Positions 57,332-64,000 of a DNA stretch of 64,000 bases are shown here, one piece after another (position 1 is the first letter of the stretch; each line of letters opens with the position of its first letter). The notes under the pieces are model-generated. The model ran no database searches. It was not told the origin of the DNA and worked only from the letters and a program-made list of their open reading frames with translations. Source of the DNA: Armatimonadota bacterium (GTDB taxonomy: Bacteria > Armatimonadota > Fimbriimonadia > Fimbriimonadales > GBS-DC). Both the position numbers and the translations under genes were made by a program. The stretch covers positions 32,001 through 96,000 of the forward strand of contig JBBIML010000012.1 of assembly GCA_037444405.1 (NCBI GenBank). The letters are read 5' to 3'.

Positions 57332-58021
57332 ATGAGCGTCGGAACCGCACCCAGAGCAGGCTGGCGCGAGTGGCTCAAGGGCGATAACTACACGCTCCAT
57401 AAACTCCACTCGCTCACCGGCATCTTTCCTGTCGGCTACTATCTGGTGCAGCACCTGTTCTTCAACTCGATGGCAGCGGTTCACCCAAAGTATTTCAATG
57501 CGATTGTGTACTTTTTCAATGTGATTCTGCCCAAGCCTGTGCTGTATGCGATGGAACTCTTTCTGGTGATTTTGCCCCTGCTGTTCCACGCGCTGTACGG
57601 CTTCGTGATTACCTATCACGGCAGGGCGAACATCTATCGCTATCGCTTCAGCGAGAATCTGGCATACACCCTTCAGCGCGTCAGTGGCGTTTATATCTTC
57701 TTCTTCCTGCTTTATCATGTCTATTCCACCTCCATCAGCCACAAGTTGTATGGCACCGATATTTACTATTCAGGAATGCAGGCACAGTTCCAGAACCCGA
57801 TAGTGGTGATTGTCTATGCACTGGGCGTGATTGCCAGCAGCTATCACCTGTTCAATGGGGTCTGGAACTTCTGCATTCGCTGGGGCATCACGGTCGGCGA
57901 GCGGGCACAGCGCACCATGCACCGCTGGTGCATGGTGGGCTTCGTGCTGTTGAGCGCGCTGGGGCTGATCGCGCTCGCGGGCTTCTTTATGCATGAACCC
58001 GTGCCCGCCCCTCAGCATTAA
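57332..58021 (+). CDS. sdhC: Succinate dehydrogenase cytochrome b558 subunit
   Basis: KLHSLTGIFP, conserved His in five TM helices, QRVSG, HLFNG.W; upstream of sdhA. Confidence 0.9.
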   Translation: MSVGTAPRAGWREWLKGDNYTLHKLHSLTGIFPVGYYLVQHLFFNSMAAVHPKYFNAIVYFFNVILPKPVLYAMELFLVILPLLFHALYGFVITYHGRANIYRYRFSENLAYTLQRVSGVYIFFFLLYHVYSTSISHKLYGTDIYYSGMQAQFQNPIVVIVYALGVIASSYHLFNGVWNFCIRWGITVGERAQRTMHRWCMVGFVLLSALGLIALAGFFMHEPVPAPQH

Positions 58022-58041
58022 GTAAGAAGGAGGCTTCGACG

Positions 58042-59907
58042 ATGGCAAAGAAGCAGGTTGCAGTAGTCGGTGGCGGACTGGGCGGTCTGATGACCGTCAT
58101 CAAGTTAGCCGAAGCGGGTGTGCATGTGGATCTCTTTTCGCTTGTGCCCGTGAAGCGCTCGCACTCGGTGTGTGCGCAGGGCGGCATCAACGGCGCGGTG
58201 AACACCAAAGGTGAGGGCGATTCGCCCTGGATCCACTTCGACGACACCATTTACGGAGGCGACTTTTTGGCGAACCAGCCGCCCGTGTTGCGCATGTGCG
58301 AGCGAGCGCCCGCGATTATCTACCTGCTGGATCGGATGGGCGTGCCGTTCAACCGCACGCCCGAAGGGCTGCTCGATTTCCGCCGGTTCGGCGGCACGCG
58401 CCACCATCGCACGGCGTTCGCCGGCTCCACCACGGGTCAGCAACTGCTCTACGCGCTGGACGAGCAGGTGCGCCGCTGGGAGGTGGAAGGGCGCGTCACC
58501 AAGTACGAAGGCTGGGAGTTCATCGGGCTGATCCTGGACGACGCGGGACTCTGTCGCGGGCTGGTCGCCCAGGACCTGCGCACGATGCAAATCCGCGCCT
58601 TCCCCGAAGAGGCGGTGGTGATTGCCACCGGCGGACCGGGCATGCTGTTTAAGAACACCACCAACTCGATCATCTGCACGGGTAGCGCGGCGAGCATCTG
58701 CTATCAGCAGGGCGCGTACTACGCGAACGGCGAGTTCATCCAGATTCACCCGACCGCCATCCCGGGCGAGGACAAGTGTCGCCTCATCTCGGAGGGTGTT
58801 CGGGGCGAAGGCGGACGCATCTGGGTGCCCAGAGACCCCTACGATAAGCGCCACCCGCGCGACATCCCCGAAAGCGACCGCTGGTACTTCCTGGAAGAGA
58901 AGTACCCCGCCTATGGCAACCTTGTGCCGCGCGATATCGCCTCACGCGAAATCTTCGATGTGTGCGTCAATCAGCGGCGCGGCATCCAGGGCAAGAACCA
59001 GGTCTATCTGGACATCACGCATCTGCCGCGCGAGCAGGTGGAGCGCAAGCTGTGGGGCATTCTGGAGATTTACCTGAAGTTTGTGGGCGAAGATCCGCGC
59101 GAGGTGCCCATGCGGGTCTATCCCGCCCAGCACTACTCGATGGGCGGGCTGTGGGTCGACTACGCGACCAACGGCGACGGGCTGATGGAGCCTGTCCACC
59201 CGCGCAACCAGATGACCAACATCCCTGGCCTGTACGCGGTGGGCGAGGTGGACTATCAGTATCACGGCGCGAATCGGCTGGGCGCGAACTCCCTGCTGAG
59301 CTGCCTCTTCGCCGGTGAGGTCGCAGGTCCCGCGATTGTGGAATATATCAAAAGCCTGGAGCGCTCGGCGTTCGATCTGCCCACCAGCCTGTTTGAGGCG
59401 GAACAGCGCCGCCACGAGGAGCAGTTCCGCGAGATCAGTCAGCGCACAGGCTCCGAAAACCCCTACCAGCTCGCCGACGAGATGCGCACTCTGATGGACG
59501 AGAATGTAACGCTTGTTCGCGAAAACGCCCGTCTGCAACAGACCCTCGAGCGGCTCAGGGAGCTGCGCGAGCGGGTCAAGCGCGTGAACATCAGCGACCA
59601 TCTCGGCTGGACGAATCAGGTCATCCCGTTCGTGCGCACGCTGCAGCACCAGCTGGAGCTGGCAATCTGCATCACGGCGTGTGCGCTGGCTCGCAACGAG
59701 AGCCGCGGCGCCCACTACAAGCCGGAGTTCCCCCAGCGCGACGACGAGAACTTCCTCAAGACCACGCTGGCAAAATGGACGCCTGACGGACCCATCATCA
59801 AGTACGAGCCGGTGGACACGCATCTGATTAAGCCGCGCCCGCGCCGCTACGACGCGCCCAAAGCGGAGGTCAAAACGCCCACATCTGTCGGCGTCAAAAA
59901 CGGCTGA
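58042..59907 (+). CDS. sdhA: Succinate dehydrogenase flavoprotein subunit
   Basis: RSHSVCAQGGIN, EFIQIHPT, HYSMGG, HGANRLGANSL, ESRGAH. Confidence 0.97.
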   Translation: MAKKQVAVVGGGLGGLMTVIKLAEAGVHVDLFSLVPVKRSHSVCAQGGINGAVNTKGEGDSPWIHFDDTIYGGDFLANQPPVLRMCERAPAIIYLLDRMGVPFNRTPEGLLDFRRFGGTRHHRTAFAGSTTGQQLLYALDEQVRRWEVEGRVTKYEGWEFIGLILDDAGLCRGLVAQDLRTMQIRAFPEEAVVIATGGPGMLFKNTTNSIICTGSAASICYQQGAYYANGEFIQIHPTAIPGEDKCRLISEGVRGEGGRIWVPRDPYDKRHPRDIPESDRWYFLEEKYPAYGNLVPRDIASREIFDVCVNQRRGIQGKNQVYLDITHLPREQVERKLWGILEIYLKFVGEDPREVPMRVYPAQHYSMGGLWVDYATNGDGLMEPVHPRNQMTNIPGLYAVGEVDYQYHGANRLGANSLLSCLFAGEVAGPAIVEYIKSLERSAFDLPTSLFEAEQRRHEEQFREISQRTGSENPYQLADEMRTLMDENVTLVRENARLQQTLERLRELRERVKRVNISDHLGWTNQVIPFVRTLQHQLELAICITACALARNESRGAHYKPEFPQRDDENFLKTTLAKWTPDGPIIKYEPVDTHLIKPRPRRYDAPKAEVKTPTSVGVKNG

Positions 59908-59936
59908 CAAAAAAGCCCTGTGCTGGAGGTGTAGTG

Positions 59937-61574
59937 ATGAGCGACGGCTATGCGATTGGCGTCGATGTGGGCACGGCGAGCGTGCGGGCGGGGCTGTTCG
60001 ATCTCGCGGGCAATCGGCTGGCAATCGCGACCGAACCCATCCAGATCCATCGCCCGAAGCCCGACTACGCCGAGCAGTCCTCGGAGGACATCTGGCGGGC
60101 GGTGGGCGTGGTGGTTCGTCAGGTGGTGCAGGAAGCAGGCATCCCGCCCGAATCGGTCATCGGCATCGGCTTCGATGCGACCTGCTCGCTGGTGGTGCTG
60201 GATCGCGCTGATCAGCCACTGAGCATCTCGCCCACAGGCGACCCGCGCTGGAACATCATTATGTGGATGGACCATCGCGCCACGCGCGAAGCCGACGAGA
60301 TCAACGCGGGCGGCTATGAGGTGTTGCGCTATGTGGGAGGCATCATCTCGCCCGAAATGGAGACGCCCAAACTGCTGTGGCTCAAACGCCATCTGCCCGC
60401 CGTGTTCGAAACCGCAGGGAAGTTTTTCGACCTTGCCGACTTCCTGGTCTACCGCAGCACGGGCAACAATATCCGCAGCGTCTGCACCAAAGTGTGCAAA
60501 TGGACCTATCTGGCGCACGAGTCGCGCTGGGACGAGTCGTACCTGCGGGCGCTGGGCATCGAGTCGATTCTGGAGGGTGGCAGGGCAGGCGAGGCGATTC
60601 GCCCGCTGGGCGAATCGGCGGGACGGCTGACGCCCGACGCCGCGCGCCATCTGGGTCTGACCGAGCGCACGCAGGTGGCGGTCGGCATCATCGACGCGCA
60701 TGCGGGCACGCTGGGGCTTTTGGGCGCAGTATGGAGCGGGCAGGCGCATCCCGATCTGGCGCAGCTGGAGCGGGCGATGGCGCTGATCGGGGGCACCTCC
60801 TCGTGCCTGATGGCGCTCTCACGCGAGCCGCGCTTCACGCCCGGCGTGTGGGGTCCCTACTACGGCGCGGTGCTACCCAATATGTGGATGAACGAGGGCG
60901 GTCAGTCGGCAGCAGGCGCCCTCATCGACTACACGCTCCAGCACCATGTGCATTACGCCACGCTGGAGGCGACGGCGCAGGCGGAAGGCATCAGCGTCTA
61001 CGAAGCCGCCAATCGGATTATCGATAAGCTAAGCGCAGGGCTACCCTATCCGGCGCTGCTCACGCGGATGCTGCATGTCTATCCCGACCATTACGGCAAC
61101 CGCAGCCCGTATGGCGATCCGCATTCGCGCGGGATTGTGGACGGCTTGACGCTGGACATCAGCCCCGAATCGCTGGCGCTGCTCTACTATGCGACGCTGC
61201 AGGCGCTCGCATACAACATTCGTGATGTGTTGCGCGTGCTTTCTGACGCCGGCTATCAAATTGACCAGATTTATGCGACGGGCGGCAGTGTGAAGAACCG
61301 CTACTGGCTGCAGGAGCATGCGGATGCGACAGGCTGTCGCGTGATTATCAATCGCGAGCCGGAGGCGGTGCTGCTGGGCGGGGCGATTCTGGGCGCGGTG
61401 GCGGCGGGCGCGTACCCCGATCTGCCCCGCGCGATGCACGCGATGAGCCAGCCGGAGCGTGTGATCGAGCCGAACCCCGCAACTGCCGACTATCACGCCA
61501 CACGCTTCGAGATCTTTCGCGAGATGTATCAGCAGCATCTGGAGCGGCGGCGTCGGATGGCGCGGTTCACCTGA
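59937..61574 (+). CDS. FGGY-family pentulose/ribulose kinase
   Basis: IGVDVGTASVRA, GFDATCSL, WMDHRA, SPEME.PK, IDAHAG, EGGQSA, GNRSP. Confidence 0.92.
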   Translation: MSDGYAIGVDVGTASVRAGLFDLAGNRLAIATEPIQIHRPKPDYAEQSSEDIWRAVGVVVRQVVQEAGIPPESVIGIGFDATCSLVVLDRADQPLSISPTGDPRWNIIMWMDHRATREADEINAGGYEVLRYVGGIISPEMETPKLLWLKRHLPAVFETAGKFFDLADFLVYRSTGNNIRSVCTKVCKWTYLAHESRWDESYLRALGIESILEGGRAGEAIRPLGESAGRLTPDAARHLGLTERTQVAVGIIDAHAGTLGLLGAVWSGQAHPDLAQLERAMALIGGTSSCLMALSREPRFTPGVWGPYYGAVLPNMWMNEGGQSAAGALIDYTLQHHVHYATLEATAQAEGISVYEAANRIIDKLSAGLPYPALLTRMLHVYPDHYGNRSPYGDPHSRGIVDGLTLDISPESLALLYYATLQALAYNIRDVLRVLSDAGYQIDQIYATGGSVKNRYWLQEHADATGCRVIINREPEAVLLGGAILGAVAAGAYPDLPRAMHAMSQPERVIEPNPATADYHATRFEIFREMYQQHLERRRRMARFT

Positions 61575-62388
61575 ACACCACACGCAGGGTGTCGGCGATA
61601 TGGCGCAGCCCCAGTTCGGGGAAGGCGCGATAGCCGCTCACCTCCGCCGTGATATAGCCGGTGTAGCCTACCGATTCGAGCGCGGCGCGCACCTCCAGCC
61701 ACGGCACATCGCCCTGCAACGGGTTCGTGAAGCCCTGAATGTTGCCGATGTCGGTACGGAAATCTTTCACATGCACGCGCCGGATGCGCCGACCCAGAAT
61801 GTGGATCCACTGCTGCGGGTAGCCGAACGCCAGCACATTGCCCGCGTCGAAGTAGGCGCCGACCCATTCGCTGCCGATTTCGTCGATGAAGCATGCCATC
61901 TCCAGCGGGCTGAGCAGGAAACGGTTCCACACATTCTCGACGGCGATTGCCACGCGCCGTCGCTCGGCTTCAGGCGCAAGCGTTTTGAGCGCCTCCTGCG
62001 CGCGGCTGTAGGCGGCATCGTAGGGCACATCGGGTGTCACGACGCCCGGCACCACCAGAATCGCGTCCACGCCGAGCGCGCTCGCCAGCCGCAACTGCTG
62101 ACGGCACAGCTCGATCGCCTGCTCGCGGATGCTGGCGTCGGGATGGGTGAAGGGCGTGCTCCAGTAGACGCCCGTTGAGAGCGAACTCAGTTCGATGCCG
62201 ATCTCATCTGCCATCTGGCGGATGGCGCGGGCGTCGGCGTCGCTCGTCTGCGGATTAAGGGCGCCCTGCGGCTCCATGTTGAACTCAATCGCGTCGAAGC
62301 CCGATTCTTTCGCTGCCCGCAGGCAGGTGCGCACATCCCAGCTGGCAGGCAGTGTCCACCGATTGATGCCGATTTTGAAGCTTGCCAT
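61567..62388 (-). CDS. Sugar phosphate isomerase/epimerase (xylose isomerase-like TIM barrel)
   Basis: ENVWNRFL.SP.E, YFDAGN, VHVKDF, ITAE. Confidence 0.88.
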   Translation of the reverse strand: MASFKIGINRWTLPASWDVRTCLRAAKESGFDAIEFNMEPQGALNPQTSDADARAIRQMADEIGIELSSLSTGVYWSTPFTHPDASIREQAIELCRQQLRLASALGVDAILVVPGVVTPDVPYDAAYSRAQEALKTLAPEAERRRVAIAVENVWNRFLLSPLEMACFIDEIGSEWVGAYFDAGNVLAFGYPQQWIHILGRRIRRVHVKDFRTDIGNIQGFTNPLQGDVPWLEVRAALESVGYTGYITAEVSGYRAFPELGLRHIADTLRVVFR

Positions 62389-62404
62389 GCTGCTTAGTTT
62401 ACTC

Positions 62405-62432
62405 AAAAAAATAGGGCTCGCTCGGCGAGCCC
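62405..62432 (-). terminator. Intrinsic terminator
   Basis: Minus strand GGGCTCGC-CGA-GCGAGCCC-TATTTTTTT. Confidence 0.8.
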
Positions 62433-62521
62433 CTGGCAGAGATGCTCTCTGGTTGAGAGCAGGACGACCCTTGCACCTCTCTTAGACGACGCATCTCCGC
62501 CAGTGTTCTGCTTGTTTGGCT

Positions 62522-62869
62522 TTACATGCCAACATCGCCCGCGCCGCGTCCGCGCAGCCCGCGCCCTGTGCTGAGGTCCTCCTCTTCACCGGAGCCGCCG
62601 CGTCCGGGTGCGCTGGGCGGCGCTGCGGCAGGCGCAGCTGGTCCGAAACCGCCCATGCCGGGTCCACCGCCCATCGTGCCACCCATCTGGGGCGCAGCAG
62701 CTGCTGCCAGCGGGTTCTCGATGCTGCTGCGCACGCTCGCCAGATCGGGCTTCTGCACCGCAGGCAACGGGTCGGGCATCATGTTGTTGCTCAGGAGAAA
62801 CAGCACGATCAGCACCACGACGCCCAGCGCTATCACGCCAATCGCCACCGCATCCACACCTTTTTGCAT
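62522..62869 (-). CDS. Hypothetical membrane-anchored Gly/Pro/Ala-rich protein
   Basis: Single TM helix; TATAAT and GGAGG upstream of ATG 62869. Confidence 0.65.
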   Translation of the reverse strand: MQKGVDAVAIGVIALGVVVLIVLFLLSNNMMPDPLPAVQKPDLASVRSSIENPLAAAAAPQMGGTMGGGPGMGGFGPAAPAAAPPSAPGRGGSGEEEDLSTGRGLRGRGAGDVGM

Positions 62870-62950
62870 CGTTCTCACTCCTCCAGAGGTCGATTATAGC
62901 ACATCGATTCGCGTCCCTAAACGCCCCTCCTGCCGAGGCTGTTCGAAAAA

Positions 62951-63580
62951 TCACCCGCCGAGCATCTCCTCAATAATGGCGTTGATCTCGCCCTGCAGGC
63001 GGTCGATCCAGTCGTTCACATCGTCCACCGCGCGCGCAATCGAGAGCATCGTCTGCTGGGAACCTGCGTTGAACTGGATGTAGAAGTAGGCGGGGTCGTT
63101 GAAGAGCGGCTCGATGCGCAGATCGCACACATAGGGCGACTGCTCGAAGGTGATGCGCAGTCCCAGCCCGCGCAGACCCGGAAAATACTGGCGCATGGTG
63201 ATGGGCGGCAGCGGCGTGAAGGCGTCGACGGTGCGCTCGAACGCCGAGCCGTTCGCATCCTTGTGTCCAATCACCTGCAGGATGAGCGGGAAGCGGTCAT
63301 CGAGCAGCAGCCCATCGCGAATTCGGGCGAGCAGGTCTTCCACGCGCGCGGGCGAGAAGTGAACCTCACCTTCGGCGGTGTACTGCAGCTGGGCGTCGGT
63401 CAGAAAGAGCGCCTCGCGCGTGGCATGGTTCACCACGGCGAACGCGCCCTGAAACGGCACCGGCTGGGGCACGAACGCGCCCTCCAGCGCCTCCAGAACC
63501 CGCTGGCGCCGCGCATCGGTCAGCACCCCGACGGGCGCATTCAAAGTAATCTGCACCTGACGCAGTTCGATCGGTGTCAT
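62951..63580 (-). CDS. Hypothetical protein
   Basis: 209-aa ORF of globular composition that abuts the upstream ORF; family not recognised. Confidence 0.65.
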   Translation of the reverse strand: MTPIELRQVQITLNAPVGVLTDARRQRVLEALEGAFVPQPVPFQGAFAVVNHATREALFLTDAQLQYTAEGEVHFSPARVEDLLARIRDGLLLDDRFPLILQVIGHKDANGSAFERTVDAFTPLPPITMRQYFPGLRGLGLRITFEQSPYVCDLRIEPLFNDPAYFYIQFNAGSQQTMLSIARAVDDVNDWIDRLQGEINAIIEEMLGG

Positions 63581-64000
63581 TCACACAACCTCCGCTTTGG
63601 TGATGGGGGTGGTGGTCAGCACAGGCTCGGCGAAGGCGAAGGAGCGTCGCACCTCGCTGAGCTTAACCTTGTTGGTCGGCTGAGTGGGCGGTTCCGATTC
63701 CCACAGCAGCAGGTAGCCGTCCGCCGTCCACGCGACCTTTTGCTCCTCGTCCAGCGCGGAGCGCCTCAGCTGGCATTCGACCACCTGCAGGGGTCGATAG
63801 GGCAGCTGCTGACGCTTCAGCCCGTCGAGCGTGCCCGCCTGAATCCGATACTCTTCGATGGGCATTTCGGGTCGGGCGCGGGCGAACAGGGCGCACTCCA
63901 GCGCGTGTTCGAGCAGTTCGATGTTCACGCCGTCCTCGCCCACCAGATGCTCAATCGCGTCGGGGTGCGCCTCGATCAGGTAGGCTTCGGCATGCTCTTT
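63581..64000 (-). CDS. Hypothetical protein, 5'-truncated by the window end
   Basis: Frame stays open from 64000 (KEHAEAYLIEAHPDAIEHLVGEDG...) to the stop at 63581. Confidence 0.6.
   Translation of the reverse strand, partial: KEHAEAYLIEAHPDAIEHLVGEDGVNIELLEHALECALFARARPEMPIEEYRIQAGTLDGLKRQQLPYRPLQVVECQLRRSALDEEQKVAWTADGYLLLWESEPPTQPTNKVKLSEVRRSFAFAEPVLTTTPITKAEVV

Noticed and set aside
62433..62503. tRNA (stem ending ...GCCA)
   Set aside because: No TTCRA T-loop, D-loop or anticodon-arm geometry.

Overview
High-GC bacterial chromosomal window with no rRNA, tRNA, CRISPR array or transposase that I can recognise. An H-X9-DG prepilin-like gene, lptB, a GT9 gene and many dockerin-like tails ending in FGxGC suggest a diderm, possibly Armatimonadota (inference). 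Bases 1-2.8 kb hold a flagellin 5' end, a REC-PilZ gene and a GT9 glycosyltransferase. About 2.9-18.4 kb is an accessory array: three paralogous double-HTH/TPR-like regulators sit among secreted proteins that share a Cys-clamped dockerin-like tail, with conserved promoter boxes, decayed copies and a 172-bp direct repeat flanking one regulator+effector unit. 18.5-27.5 kb is a heavy-metal operon (HMA protein, CPH-type P1B ATPase, RND adaptor and pump, split by a PIN toxin-antitoxin pair). It is headed by a CxxC/RAPP leader ORF whose last 12 nt are perfectly complementary to the next gene's Shine-Dalgarno, i.e. a candidate metal-sensing ribosome-stalling switch. The rest is mostly housekeeping (deoC, lptB, purL, CIRCE-groES-groEL, lgt, lspA, secE-nusG-rplK-rplA, galT, hppA, larC, glyA, sdhC-sdhA) with two more dockerin-tailed HAF-repeat genes and REP-like palindromes. 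All calls come from reading motifs by eye; no searches were run.
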